NCBI GenBank assembly: GCA_964057225.1
Contig: OZ059900.1
Location: 10,168,001 to 10,232,000, forward strand
DNA: 64,000 nucleotides
Direction: 5' to 3'
From: Auanema rhodensis
Taxonomy: Eukaryota > Animalia > Nematoda
The notes under the pieces were generated by a model. That model was given only the letters and a program-made list of their open reading frames with translations. It made no database searches and had not been told where the DNA came from. The position numbers and the translations under genes were made by a program. Shown here piece after piece: positions 1-15,104 of the stretch. Every line of letters starts with the position of its first letter. Within the stretch, counting starts at the first letter, position 1.

Positions 1-5
1 TTTAG

Positions 6-446
6 TGCGTGGAAACCTTGATCCGACCATGCGCACCCCTATGGTTAACATGGTATGTTTCTTTTTTCTAATTCTTCCGTCAACAATAAATTATAATATT
101 AGACTAATCTATGTAAAAGTATTTATATAATCATTTAATTACTGAATATTGTATTTAGCAATCGTCAACAGGAGTCCTTCTGAAACGAATGAAACGACAA
201 ATTAAGGCAATTTGTACTCTCGCCGACGTTGTTTATATTGGTACGTTTCAATACTTTTAAAAATATATTTTTAGAATCTTTCTATATTTAACATTTGAGT
301 TAATGATATTGCTTTTAGGCCCACCAGCTAATACGAATGAGGCTGAAGTCCTATCGAAGGCCCAGCTGGTGCTGAATCTCTTGTACGACACGATCACACC
401 ACCGTCTTCTTCTTCTAGTGCAGATGCACAAACTGACTCCGACTAA
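6..446 (+). CDS. 3' end (last three exons: 6-52, 159-240, 319-446) of a protein-coding gene of unknown function
   Basis: GT..AG introns join into one frame: RGNLDPTMRTPMVNM|QSSTGVLLKRMKRQIKAICTLADVVYIG|PPANTNEAEVLSKAQLVLNLLYDTITPPSSSSSADAQTDSD*. Family not recognised. Confidence 0.75.
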
Positions 447-3400
447 GGAGTCATGGTCCTTATTTTTTCAAACGTTTGTATTTCTTCTTTCATATTTTGT
501 CACTTCCTCTTTCACTCGTTTGTGCTTTTTTCTGAATAAAGATGTAAAGAAGGGAATCTTGAAAGCTCTACTGCTCCTCTTTTATCTTTCCCATTTAAGA
601 ATCTAAATTTATAATACCAGTTTCTTCTTTCAAAATTTTAGTAGGCAAAGTATCTCTCATAAAGATGCCACGGAAATTCTTGATCTTTAATAAGTCTACT
701 AATTCTAGAAGATCAAAGTTTGTTAATGGCTTTAGATCTTTATCGAATCTTAGATTCGTCATTTAAAAAGTATAAATTTTATAATACCACTTTTTAAAAG
801 AAATCGACATCCTTCGACATCCACTGATTTTCTAAAAAGTGTAAAAATGACACATTTTTGAGTATTTAAGCATGAAAATAGAAAATAAAAAATGAAATCG
901 ACATCTCAACAAAAAAATGGTTGAAAATGTATAAAAATTATTGAAAATAAGCACTTTTTAGTCCTCTTAAAATTTACTCATTTCACATTTTTTTGAAAAA
1001 AGTGTTGTAAATAAGGTGATTATCTGTCATCGGTGAAAGAAAAAACGTTCTACAGAGCAAAATGTCGAAAATGGTATTATAATCCCTCGTTCCTATACTA
1101 CTCTTGATAAAGCCAAAATGTTTAGTGAAGCGAAAAGATTGATGTATCGCGTATCCCATAACTAGCAATTCAATATAATATATTCTTATACATGTAAAAC
1201 TACTTTCTTTGGTGAATCAAACTCAATTCTTAAATTTATTCAAGATTTTTCAAGCAGAAAAATGCAAAAAGCAAGTGACAAAGGGAGAGAACTACAGTTT
1301 ATTATAATGGGTACATCAGCTCTATCATTGTTAAACTCATTTTCAGCCCAAAAATAAACTTCTAAAGAAAAAAAATTATAAATTATAAAATATCCATTAG
1401 AACTTGATGAGCACTTTCTATAATTTTAGAAAAAAAAACTGATAGAAACATAAAAAAAGGTTTAATGAAGATGTGCTCCAAATATAAATTTTTTTATATT
1501 TTTTCGAGAGACATTCCCAGTTTTATCGGTTTTTCTTAATTTTCTATTTTTTTTGAACAAGTAATTTATAATTTGATGATATTCTAACAAAGAAATTATG
1601 CTCAATCTTAAAAATTTCATTTTTTTTTAATCTTTTTCATTTTTTTTGTAAGTATCCGCATAGAAAATGTTGATTCAGCATCTGATGATAGCTTATAATG
1701 TCAAGAGAATAACCGAACGTCTCTTCTGCCCATATCAAGATAGATATATCGTTGTTGTCTTTTTGTTTCTGTTGTTGTCTGATCTTTCTTTGTTTATTAT
1801 GTGTCAAAAATATTTGAATGACAATCGAGGATGTCATTCAATGCTTGCCGTGAAATCAAACATCAGCTCTTTCATTTTTCTTTTTCTGATAAATAGCATA
1901 GGTTTCTGGCTTGTGTTTCTTTTGACACGGAAAATGCTATCAAGATTTGCAATATTTATTTATTTGTTGTATAAATTACACAGAGATATGATGAATGATA
2001 AGCAAAAAAATAAAAAAGATTTCGTGACGTGTAGCAAAAAAATAAAAAAGATTTTGAATAAAAAAATACATGAAAAAGCGATTGTTCAGGGTGTAAAAAA
2101 TATTTTGTAAAGATTTAATAAAAACTGCAAAATGATCCATCTTTCATTTATTTTTCAGCTTAATGAAATAGTTAAATGAGAATTTATTTTACAATTTTGA
2201 ATAAAATTGAAGTTTTATTGAAAAAGTGACAATTTCTTATTTGAATTGAATGCATTTCTTTAACTTAATGCAATAATGCAAAATGTTTTACTTCCTTATT
2301 CGACTATATATAGTTTAGTTTAGAACTCTTGTTCAAAAATTCTTCATTTTCCAAGTTTGAAAACGGAATTCTGTGATCTAAACAAAGAAGGACAAATGGA
2401 TTATTATATTTTCTATCTATATTTTCATGTCGAGCTGAGTAATATGAATTGAATTTGAAAATGGTCACAATATTTTCATTTTTTCCCCTATTCGAGATTT
2501 CGTATCACATTTCTTTTCGTGTTGAAAAATACAAACATTTTGAGTTCAAGGAAGTTGTTCTTAAAGTGAAGTTTCTAGCATTTCATTTCTTCAAAAATGC
2601 TGACTGATTGGTCAAAGTTCAGAATAATATGTCAGTTTATACTTTAGATATTTGAAAATTGTAAAAATTAGATTGTGAATCATATTCATGTACAAATATG
2701 TAATCATGAGTGCGAAATATGTCTTAGATGGATGAACTCGCTGATGAAACTTGAACGAAACTCTTGAGATTCATCATCAGCTGAGTTTCAAGCTGGACAT
2801 ACATGTGGGAATAACAGAGATAAGAAACAGAGAAATAAAAACTTTTTTTTTCTTCAAAAACCAAAGTGTAAGCAATAGAGATATATCAATCAAAACATGA
2901 TTATCCTATAAATTATCTGAATATTTATGACGATTTTACATAATTTAGGAAAATCAAATTTATATATAATACATCTTGAGTTTAGATTTTGCTTAATAAC
3001 ATTCGTTTCAAACATGTATTATGAAATGATTTCTATTTATTGTTTGTTGTAGTGCATGCTCTTGCCCTTATAAGTCTAAGCAACCAAGTCATTTCTCAGC
3101 GACTAAAAATGAGATGCAGCAAAAGAAGAAGCCGGAAAACGTTTTTCAAACGTTTTTCTCATTTTCTTCTCATTTCAATGTTGTAAACAATAAGATAAAT
3201 CAATAATAAGAATAGGAAAGTATATGACAATATACAAAAATTTACATAAAACATATAAAACTCATTAGTATTGGAAGAATATTTGATTATATAGCTTTTC
3301 TTTTATTCGAATTTGTTTCATTTTTGTATTTTATTTTTGAAAAACAATTCTGATTCACACAATAGTTAGTTTTCCTATTTATTTAACTAAAAATGAACTA

Positions 3401-4967
3401 AGTGTGCTCTATATTTGACCGAGAGTAGAAAACAGATGAAACCGATGTATATATATAATCTCAGTTGCGCTCAATTGATTTTCTTATGATCATCATTTAA
3501 TCTTCATCATCAGTATTGTCATCATTTCCTTTATTTAATTCTTCTTTGACGATAATGAAATTGATACACTAAAGCTAACCTTGTAAATAGTTTTGAGTAT
3601 TCATGATTGAAATGAGAATTTATCGAGTTTCTTCTACATCATGCTTCATTCTTATATGTTCAACTGACCTCTTTCTTTGTCTTCTCTTTATATTTGCTTG
3701 CGCCTTTTTTTTCAAATGATCCCTCTCGCTTTCTCTTTTTCTGCTCATTATTACTACTTCCATTTTTTGGCGCCAAATATCTTTGTGCTATCTATGAAAT
3801 CAAGACTTGTTGAGACTGAGCAAATTAAGTCAATTGAAAAAATGAAAAATAGTTTTTTTTCTTCTTACATATCCGTTGCTCATGGCCTATTTGACACAAT
3901 TTAGAGCTGACATCTTTCGGCTGGGCAAGCCGTCTTAGGAAATGCAATCTATTTTGTGCTGCTTGGTTGTATGGGACCACTGACCATTGTGCATGGACTT
4001 TGATGAGAGGCCAGAGACGCTAACCCAGTATAGGCATGAAGAAAGAGACTGAAGAAAAAAATGAAAAAAAAAAGCGATAAGCAAAAGAGACGATGCTTTG
4101 CAAATGATGGAAGCATGAGGGTGTTTCGCGTGCGTGTGCAATGGTATACTAGTGAATGGAGTAAGACAGTTGAGCAAAGTCAACCAGCGCTTAGTTCTAA
4201 CAATATACGAAAAGTGAGCTTTTTTCTTCTTTTTCTTTTTTTTTCTTTGGCCTTTTTATTAAACAAAATTCTTTTTTTTCTGCATATGAAATGTGATGGC
4301 CAAGATGACAGCTATTTGAGCTGTTCGCTTTTTTTCTATCATAAGGCCATCTTTCAAGCGATATATATGAAAACGAATGCAAATAGAAAAGAAGTGAAGG
4401 AGAATAGAAAAATCAAGTTGAAGATGAGCAAAAGGTAGATTTCATATGTTTTCTAAATGTATGCATATAAGTATGTATACAAAGAATAGACAGTGGATAT
4501 AAGAATTGAATGAGCATTAATAGAAGATCGAAAGCTGTTTCTAAGCTGAAGCAATGTGAGAAAACATTTTTTCTTTCATTTCGCTAACACTTCATTCTCT
4601 CTCCTCACCCATCCAAAAAACCATTTACAACATATTTTCGAGAAGATTCAGTTGATATTCATACAATTATCTTTAAACTATTAATGTAATAATCGTGAAA
4701 TTTGTTTTGACCAAATATGCTTTCTCTCCAATTCTCTTTACTATTCTCTGTATATTTATATTATAATTTATATAACATATATATTGATATATATATGTAT
4801 ATGTGTTTGTGTATGTATGTAAGTGTATGTATCTGACATATTGCTCCGCCCTTTGTTGCTGCGCTTTGCTGAGAGCTGAGAAATATTGTGTCTAGCATGA
4901 AGTCTTCAGTTAGTCCCGCCTTTCACGTTTCAGTGAAACAGCTTCATTGTCTGCAATCGACTCCAGG

Positions 4968-4997
4968 CACACACACACACACACACACATACACACA
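4968..4997. repeat. (CA)n microsatellite
   Basis: Direct reading of a cacaca run. Confidence 0.9.
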
Positions 4998-5297
4998 TGT
5001 ACTCACATACACATAGATATTAAAGCATATATTCAACTTGAAATATGCTATTGTTCATCAATTTTATTGTTCTAGCATTAGTTTCATTATTCTTCTTTGT
5101 TTTTTTTTGTTCGTCTTCTCTTATTTTCTCATCATATACTATTTTACCATCTTATTTAGAATTACTGAAGCTGAGAAACGTATCAGAACAATATATTCTT
5201 CACAAAACAGTGCCGAGCACTAATTGAACTAATCAAGCTGGATTGTCCAACGGTCCACGAAGCCGAAATTCGGCAAAATACTGAATGTAAAGACGAA

Positions 5298-8200
5298 ATG
5301 TCTCAGATACCAACAGCGAATTTGATCTGCAAACGCTACATTCTCAGTGAAAAACGTGAGTTAATTATGTTTTTTATGAAGCACGAGAAAAAAAAGAATG
5401 AATGATTTCAAAAAATAATTAAATTTGTTTTTTCCACATCAAAAGTAGGGAGGATAATTAAAAATGCATTAGTTTGAAATCTGAAAGTTTGAAAATACTT
5501 TTTAATTCATTAAAAAATATATATAATACTTCATTTTTATTATATTTTCGGTTGATTTTGATTTTTTTCGTAGTTTGTAATCAATCAATCATTTTCTCAT
5601 ATTATTTATATTCATTACTCAGTTAGATATTTGAGTAAAAACTTGATTAAAATGCTCAATAAACTAATTTTTTTTTATTTTTTTCTGGAATTTTTTTTCT
5701 TATTCGGTCGTTTTCTCACTGGACACATACTCTTGTGTGATTCTTCATGTGTCATTACCTTCTCATTGCTTTGCCTTTGAAAGATCACTTTTCCTACTTC
5801 AATTTCCTCTCTAATCTCTCTCATAACTTACTAGTCTATTCATCTACGACTCACTTGTTCATCCACAAGTCCTATCCTTTTTTTTTCTACTTCGTTCAAC
5901 TATATAGCATTTCGAAGTTCTCGTGACCTAGTTTCCGCTCGCTCCCTCTTTCTCGACCTCTCTCGCCATCTCAGTTTTTATCTGGACGTTTTTGCCACCC
6001 AACGCGCTTAAGCTGACTCTGTCAACTTGAAATGGTCCCTGAGCATTGCTTATGGAAAATGGCCAAATATCTCTCCAAACATTCATTTGTTGAAAGTAGA
6101 AAACATCATAGAGCAATTATGAAACAAAGCAATCCACCGCATTAGATGGTGTTCCAGCGTTCTTCAGTTAATAGTTATTTCTTTGGAGCATTCAATCTTT
6201 TGTGTTGTTATACTTGAAACAAAATTCACAAATCATCAACATCGTTTACAGAAAAATACATTTTCAAGCTATCAGAAGCAGTAAATGATGTCATGCTATA
6301 GCTGGCGTAGTTAGTCAATTGGTATTTCCACAAATATCCGAAAGCAATTGTCTTTTGTCGTCACAATGCGATGTTTGAGTTTTCACGAAACTACTTTCAA
6401 CATAATTCTCGTGGTCTCGTTTTTTATCCACTTCTGTTTAATAATAATAAGCTTTATGTATTACAACGTAATGCTCATACAACAAAGATTCGTTTTTTTT
6501 TCTTTTTTTTCGACTGCACTCATGCTTCCTATTTCAAAAAGATTAGGAGAGTATAGAAGAGAATAGCTGAAATTTCCAATAGATAATCTCTTTTAACGAG
6601 GAAAAAAGTAATCTTCAATCAATTTCAAAGCAATTTCACACATACTAAACGGCAAGCTAATCAAAGAGAAAACGAATTCTGTCATGCGTTAAGACGCTCT
6701 GTTTCCTTTTTTTCGTCAAAAAAAACGAAAGAAGGGAGATATAGGTGAAATACGCATAGATGGAGCAGGATTGCCAAAAAGAACAACTGAATTTGTCATC
6801 ATCAATCTTCTCTTCTTGCCTACTCATCGATTTGCGCTCAGCATGCTTAAGCAGTACTCCAGAAGTGAGCATAGAACATCACTCTCGACCCCATCATTAT
6901 TTTTCATTTTTGAATTTGCTTCTATGAAACAACCCAAAATTTTGAGAATTACTCGAAATTAAATGAGAATTGGAAAGAAGAAATGGCAATCGGAATGAAA
7001 TCTTTCATTTTCTTTACGACATCGGACGTGTGACTTCAAAAGTTTTGGTCACATTCTGAACTTTTTTGATCAGTGTGCAGGCAGTAAAAGAAGAGTTAGT
7101 AGCGTGAAACAATGAAATTATTCTCGCTGAGCAGTTTTTTCATTGTTCCAAGAGTGCAGCTGTTCATCTAAAATTGGCCATATATTGTAGAATAAGATCA
7201 ATTACACTGCTGATGAATTTGTCCAACTAAAACTGAAATTCAACTTTAGAAACAGTAATAAAGCATGTACTGAACTAACAAACAGGTGTAAGAATTTTCT
7301 CCCTATTTCTAGAAAAGCTATACAACAGCAGCAGGTCCTTGTCACGAGAACATGTGTGTATATTTTGAGATGAAAAAGTGAGAGAAAGCGAGATAATAAA
7401 TGAAAAACAGATGCTATAAGTTCGTGCAAAGTTTGTTAAAAAAAACATATCTGATTTCTTTTTGAAGAGTTCCTTCTGAGAGAAAAACAATTTTTCAGCA
7501 ACTAGTAATCGCTTTTTAATTTTCAGAACTCTCCGAAGCATTTGATTTACTTGATATCAATAAAGATGGTTATTTATCTCGAAATGAATTGGCTGTTCTA
7601 CTTCGAACACTACAAGTTGAACCAACAAAAGACGAATTGGATTTCATTTTTAATGAGCTTGATGTAGATAGTTAAGACATATAATTACTCAAAACAGAAC
7701 TAACAACAATATTTTCAGAAGCGGGAAGTATAAAAAAGGATACTTTCATTAAGTATATGGTTAGCCCTGTCATCCAGACTATGTCATTATGTGAGCTGGA
7801 GAACCTATTCGTCAAATTCGATTCAGATGGTGATGGTGCAATTACGGAAGGTAAGCCCTGAAGTCGTCTTAAAATCTAAAATTCTCATTCGAAATTTCAC
7901 ATGAAACAGCAGCTTCTCTCAAATCTTTAAGTCAATAGCAGTTTAATGAAAACGTTGTCTTTTTTCTGAAATAGCTTTAGAACATAATCAGTCAAAATCT
8001 TTTCTGACAGGTTTAGTTTAAATCTTCAAAACATGATGAGAAATTCGATCTAAATGACCAATGCATACATGAGGTAGTGTATCAAAGAACATTCACTTTT
8101 TTGAAACAAAAAGCAGACAAAACTTTCTTCAAATGATCTCAGGGGATCTCAGTATTCATGTGTGTTGCTCTTACACTCTTGTTTCATCGTCAGGATGAAG

Positions 8201-9561
8201 CCATATCGTTCTTCATCATTCCTTTGCTTGTCTTTGCTTTGTTTGTTGTCTATTGAAGATCACTACTTCATTGCTTTCTCACCATGTTTTCTCTATTCTC
8301 TAAGCTATCTCGTCACTGGCACCCGCACATATCTAATGCCATAGTTCAAATTGGCAAAAACGTTTGAAAAATTGTCGAAAATGTCTACTTAGCTTTTTAA
8401 AACTTTAGACGTAACAACGTTGTTTGCATGATTTGAGTGAAACACAAGCTCAAACGAAAACAAGTGCGAGAAAAGAAAGAAAACAGAATAGATCTTGCGA
8501 TCTTTAGCAAAGTGAGCACAGGTCAATTGTCAATTTTTTCATTAAAAATTGCAAAACAAAGTTGTGAAAACAAACCAAAATAAGCCAACAATTTTAAAAT
8601 GTTTGATGAAGCCGATAATGATGACAAATTGAGGAAGAAGGAGCATTATGATAACATTTTCTTTTATCAGCAACGCCAATCAAAGTAATTTTTCTCAAAC
8701 ATGTAGACAATAATAGAGCAATTTATGATAAGAGCGGCTAGATCAGAGATTTTCCAAATGTGAAATTGACAACAAAATGCTTACTTCCCAAATTGTTGTG
8801 AATTTCGAACAAAGGAATTTGTTCCATGTTGCTAAACATACAATCACTTTTTTTAATCATCCTGATTCAGTTTAAGAACTTCTTAAAAATATTTTTCGGT
8901 ATTTCGTAAAATGCGGAACAAAAGAAAATTAAAATGATTGTAAAACTACACATTCGGCGTGAAAAGTCTTTATACAAGAAGATATCAATATATGTATGAA
9001 CGTTACTGCTGGAATAGCGTGTGGTTCTACTTTCGGAGCAGTTTCTTGACATGATGCATAAGATGGTTCTACTTTCGGAGCAGCTTCTTCACATGATGCA
9101 TGGAAAAATTAGAATAGATTACATTTGAGACGATAGCATAAAATAGATTATAAAATTAAAAATTCGAAAAACAGCAGCTACAAGAGATTCTTTCTTTGCA
9201 ATAAAAAATGTATTACGATTGCATTTCAAATTTATATTTTGCATACGGGATTGGTATGGATTTTCTACTTGTCCCAAAAAAAATTTAATTCGATTGAAAC
9301 TTAAGAAGATATATCATTGATTTTTTCAATTTTTTTAAAACCTTTCCGCTTATTCAACTTGTGGCATCTAGAATTGCTACTTTCTTAAATAAAAGTTGCA
9401 GCAAACTTAATTTAGATAATTCTTTTTTTGTTTCAGATGAAATGGCCCAGATGCTCCGCAAAGTGAATGATTTTCGAGATACAAAGCCACCGCATGATCT
9501 GTTCGACTCACATGAGGGCCGAATTACATTTTTGGAATTTGTTAAATTCATGCAAGGCTAA
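5298..9561 (+). CDS. Calmodulin-like EF-hand protein (exons 5298-5355, 7527-7670, 7719-7850, 9437-9561; ~152 aa)
   Basis: Spliced product has LSEAFDLLDINKDGYLSRNEL, FNELDVDKAGSIKKDTF, LFVKFDSDGDGAITEDEM and DLFDSHEGRITFLEFVKFM. All three introns are phase 1 and compatible. Exon 1 is the least certain. Confidence 0.85.
9022..9101. repeat. Two-copy 42-bp tandem duplication in an intron
   Basis: tggttctactttcggagcag..tctt.acatgatgcat at 9022 and 9064. Confidence 0.85.
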
Positions 9562-11489
9562 CCGTCTCTGCCTAGCCTGAGGAAAGAAACTCACCAAGAA
9601 GATAATATTTATCTTATCAAATTAAGTAAAAGTATAGTCTACAATTGAAAAAAATTAATTGATTACATAATTATTTTTTTGGAATTTTACTGACAAAAAG
9701 TTCACAAAATTCTATTTGAAACTTGCTTATTATATCTTAAATATATTATTCTAATCATTCTCACATATAAATATATATTTATTATAATTATTCATAAATG
9801 AAAATAAAGAATATTTTTTATGGTTTATTATGAAATAATGATAAATGAAAAGTGATATGATAGTTTGTAATTCAAATTACTTTATCATATCATATACATT
9901 GATATGCACTCTGTTTACAAATATTATAAGAGAAAGTGTGTGATTTATTGTACTTCCGTCTGTATTTAGCTAGATGATCTATAAATGATCTGAATTAATT
10001 TGCTTTTGTTTGTGTATCTAGCTAGTTTGCTTTTTGAAAAAATAGGTGAGCAAAAGCCAAAATAGCTTTATTTGAATGCTAATTCTTTACCAACTTTTAC
10101 AATTTTGTGATTAAAATAAACAAAGTAAACTATTGTTTGTTATTTTTCAGCAAATTACATTATCATATATTTAAAGAAAAAGGAAATGAAAATGAGAAAA
10201 ATCATTCGCACAATGTAGTAACATGTAGAAGATTAGCTGTTATGTTAACAGGATAATTAGTCGGTGTCATTGATTGTGCCTTGTACATACTGATAGCTAT
10301 TGTTCGGATCGCAACAAATGAATTTCATTTCGGTAAATAAAATAATGGAATTGTGAACTGACTCATGTATTTAGGACAAAGTTGTCTGTATTCATCTAAT
10401 TCGAGGTGCAAATAACATTCCACTGCGAATGAGAAAAAGGTGGTCATAGTTGACGCTGAACTGATAATGCATGTTTGTCATGTTGCGTCGGCAATTTTTC
10501 GGTATAGATCAAGAAGAATGAGTAATATATTCGTATGTTTTACATTTTCATTGTTATTTTGCGGACGGTAAAGGATAGAAAGAAATAGAAAAAACAGAAA
10601 AAAGCTGAACAATTCGAACTTTGGTTCCAAAGTGCTCACATGAAAAGCAAATAATGAGATGAGAAAGTAACTTGAGTTCATTTTCTACTTTTTTTTGTTT
10701 TACTTCCAGAAAAAATTAAGCAAATTACAGTTTCAGTTTTATAATTTTAAAATTCGCAATAATTTGCAATAAATTTGTAATAATAAGCTACAAATGAATA
10801 TAATTCGAGAATCCAAATAATTGTCATCCTGGTGAGGTATTAATTAAATTGTGGAGTGATAAGCCTTGTGAGAAGAAAAATGAAAAAAAAAGTTATCAAA
10901 TACTTCAAATAATTTACTTTTTAACTGACAGATAAGAAAAGATAACAAAAGCTAGTAGATTGAAGTTTATTTTGACAATAAGTGTATTTGAAGAGAAATT
11001 GTCAAATAAGGTTTTTGACATTAATTGTCATCAATCATAGAAATTTTGTAGTAAATTTGTGGTCTTTCTCTTATATTATTCTTATGTGAAAATACAAACT
11101 TTATTTGAAAAGCTGTTTGCTAGGTCATAGTGAATGTTGTATTGCATTGCACCCAAAACTGAACTGTTTGTGTTGCAGTTAAAATGTGCGAACTATTTTG
11201 CCACTCAACTCAACCTTTGCTCTTTCTTCACATCCGGTTCAATGGCAAAAATAAGTAAACGCGAGCATTACCTTGATTTATAGCCACCTACGCTTAAGTC
11301 TTATGTCAACATGTAATCAATTTATTCTTTAACTTACGGTACCCCGCCTACTGTGATTGAAATAAATAGCGTAGTTATCTGATGCAATCACGTCGACAAC
11401 TTATGAATAACTTTAGTGCATAGCTTTGATTAATTTAACTTTTATATTAACAATTATGTATTTTATTATCAAGTATTTTATATTTAGAG

Positions 11490-14277
11490 ATGACCGAAAA
11501 TGAAATAAACGAGAAAGCTGACTATTTCAATATCGAACTTCCACCAAGCTTATTCCCAGCGGTAACATTCTTATCAATATTTTCAGTTTGAATAGTTTAT
11601 TTTTTATTCATAATTTAGAAACGACAATTTTCTCTTCCACAAGGACGAGCCGAAACCAATTGCGCACGAAGCAGATACAATGGAAAAGAAGGCTCAGTAT
11701 TTCGAAAAGTTACTGGCAAAATGAGTAGAAGTATTACTGGAAGCATCAAAAAGTATGGGCTACATGAATATGAATGCCATTCAATTTCAATTTATAATTG
11801 CAGATTTTCTTTTTATGCTGGACGAGTTGCGAAGCCAGCCAATACGCGTCTACGCTGGAATCTACTTTTTACATTTCTCATCATATTCTTTGTATCATCA
11901 GCTATCTGGATACCATGCATACCAGCTGTTAACGTGAGTTTTTGCATGACAAATAGAGTGCAGTCGACATAAAAATGATGTCATTTAGAATTTTGCGCTG
12001 GATATTGTTGTTATTGTATCAATAGTATTCAATGTATTATGGATTATAGCAATATTTAACGCATTACGATATACATGGAGATTACGGAAATATGCCAGTC
12101 ATAAGATTGATTTAACTAAAGTAAGGCAAACTAATGGTAAAGGAAATACATATTATGATTTTATAGGTTTATAACCCAGACAAGGTGATTATGAAACATA
12201 TGGTTGGATTGTGTGTATACAAAGAACCATTAGAGCTTTTAATGGACACAATTGATAGTTTAGTAACGCAACCGGATGCAAAACATAAAATAACCGTGGT
12301 GATTGGAATGGAATCAGGAACTCCAGATAAGGAAGACGTAAGTTATTCGAATAATTCATGTGAAAAAAGTTTCATTTTGATACTTTTTAGAAGAAAAAAA
12401 CCTTAGAAGAGAAATATGGCCCATTTTTCGATCGAGTTATTGTCACAATACATCCAAAAGGATTACCTGGAGATATTCCAGGAAAATGCTCGAATTTCAA
12501 TTATTCAGCTCGAACGGCTATCAAGATTTTACGTAGTGATGAGGTAATATAATCAATAATTTATAACAAAAATAATAATTTATAATACAGAAATATCCAT
12601 TAGGAAATAAAAATGAAAATGTTCAACTTATTGTGACAACAGGTGACTGTGATTCCATCTTTGGTGACAGATACTTTGATGCATTAGAAGAAGATTATTG
12701 GAAATTATCTAAGAAAGTATGTTTGATGAACTGATTAGACTTTTGATGTTTCGACAAATAGAAGAGGAAAAACGTTTTTTTTGCCAATCAATCCAATCCA
12801 TAACATAAGATATAACATGATCAAATACTAATTACAGCAACGCGAATACACTGTTTGGCAATCTCCTCTCTTTTACTGCATGAACTTGGATCAATCCCCT
12901 TTCTTTGTGCGAGTGACTGGATTGATGAGGTTGAGTACTGAATAAACAATTTGATTTTTATGACAAAGAATATATGATTTCAGAGCATTTTTCATGATTG
13001 GCTATCTTATTCCATGGAATATTAATACAATGAGTATTTTTTCATTAACATTAGAATTATTTGAAAAAGGAGAATATACTCATCCAGGTTATCAGGTAAT
13101 AATTGATAAATAGACTCTCAAATATTGCTTTTTTCTTATGAATATAGCAGGAAAAAAATCATTCTATAGAAAAATATTTTAATAATGAATTGATTAAACA
13201 AATATTTTCTCGAAATTCTCATCAATATTTCTATAGAAGCAATTTAGATGGACGATATTATTGCTTTAATACGTTGGTCATTAGCTGTTCGCCATGAATG
13301 CATCATTCGAGCTATTCCTGTAGCAACATTAAGTGGACCAACGAGCGGTATGATTTTTAGTCAATATGATAATCTGATTATTTAAAATTTGCTGCTCAAT
13401 CATGTTTTATCACCTGTTTACTAGCAAAAACATTGAATTCTATATTCTAGGTGATGGATATTTCAATGAATGGTATGAATGGGCTAGACAGGTTCGCCGT
13501 TGGACTATTGGTGCTGCTGAAGTAAGTATAGTTGTCCTCTTACTCATATGTACACGTTAACTGATCATGAAACATGATTATTGATGCAAATTCGTTTAGG
13601 TATTCCATTATTTTGTCATCAAATTCTTCAATTTGCCAGCAAATGTGTCGTTGATGTTTGCAGCTAAATTCATTTTTTATTACGGATTTCTTTTATGTAT
13701 CTCATCTGTGTATTCACTTATAGCACCAATTGTCGTAAGTTATCATTGTTGAATTATAATATTTTCTCGTTCTTCCGCTATATAATCGAGAAAAAAATAT
13801 GAATGTTATAGACGCCATTGATGTTATCAGCTGTCGGTCATGATATTAAAGGATTAGTTATACCTAATCAAAGCACATTCACATGGATAATGCTAGGATT
13901 TCTTGGCCTACAGTATCTTTATTTCTTTTTTGTATTTCTCATTAGTTATCTCTGCCAACCAGTAAGAAACTATAATTGAAAAGAGTTTAATAAATGCAAT
14001 CAACTGTTTAGGTATTCCCCAAGCGAACTGTTGATAAGACGGGTATTATACGCAACATCTTTCATCTTATAATGTCGTGGCCAACAATCATTATGTACTG
14101 TTGCGTTGAATTAGTTGCTTTTATGGAGGTATTCATATCATATTAACGAACAGATAATACTTCATTACTTATGTTCAGGTAACAATTCGAGGCAAAGCAG
14201 TTTGTTCTCATGACGCTTCGAATAAAGATAATCTTGTTTCAAACAATTTGAATCCCGATCGTACAGAAGTTGTATGA
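11490..14277 (+). CDS. Membrane-integral processive family-2 glycosyltransferase (cellulose/chitin/hyaluronan synthase-like superfamily), ~15 exons
   Basis: Spliced frame contains VYKEP, HPKGLPGDIPGKCSN, TGDCDS (DxD), YQMDD and QVRRW (13489-13503), with N-terminal and several C-terminal hydrophobic helices. TTTAG acceptor lies 2 nt before the ATG. Confidence 0.88.
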
Positions 14278-14785
14278 AACGAACCTTAAATTCAGATACA
14301 CTTGGATTAAAAAATACAATTTTAATAACGATTATGACGTATATTATGTCAAATATTGATTTTCATAATTTATGTACATACTCTAATATTGAGTTTTAGG
14401 TAAGAAATCATGTTTCTTTCTCACTACTCACTTTGTTCTTTCCAATTCTCCAAATTAATCTAATAGCAATACTTATGAGCTTTACAGTTTTCTTTTTCAT
14501 ATTTGGCATCAAATTTTGATCTATTTTTCAGGTTCTTATACTTTATTGAATATCATACCATATATCATAATGTAGAATATATTTAGAAAACTCTATATCT
14601 AATGTAATTTCCTCTCATATCAAAGCCAATTTTAATAAATGGTTTGATTTGCTTTTTCCTTGCTTTTTCTTATGAAATATTCTTTCTTGCCATATATACA
14701 CGTACCTCTAAGAAAAAGATAATCCTTATGTTTTATCTTTATTGCATCACTATAAATGTCAAAACTTTGCCATGAACCAACATTA

Positions 14786-14860
14786 TGCCCCCATGGGCAA
14801 ACGGTGCACAACTATGTGAGGTCAGGCTGATCGTTTGAGCAGAAAAACTAATTATAACAC
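14786..14860 (+). repeat. Diverged copy of a ~75-bp element also present inside both palindrome arms (17495-17568 and mirror)
   Basis: tgcccccatg..acggtgcacaactatgtgaggtca..ct.atcgttt.agcagaaaaa..aattataac shared. Confidence 0.85.
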
Positions 14861-15104
14861 GTTCCATTTGGATTCCCAATGGTTCCAAGTTGAGAAGTCC
14901 AAACAGACTATGAGAGGTTTATTGTTTGCATTATAATATAATTATACAAAGATTTAAGCTAGAGTAAAGAAAGATGGTGATGAGATGTTTATAAAAAGTA
15001 CATCTAGAAAATTCTCAGAATGTCTTTAAAACTATCTGCATTAGTTTTATAATAGCAGTTGACTATGTCAAAGTTAGCTGCCTTCCTTTGACACATGTAT
15101 GTAA

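Noticed and set aside
1667-4438. 147-aa and 125-aa ORFs
   Set aside because: Low-complexity F/L/K-rich translations of AT-rich intergenic DNA with no domain or splice support
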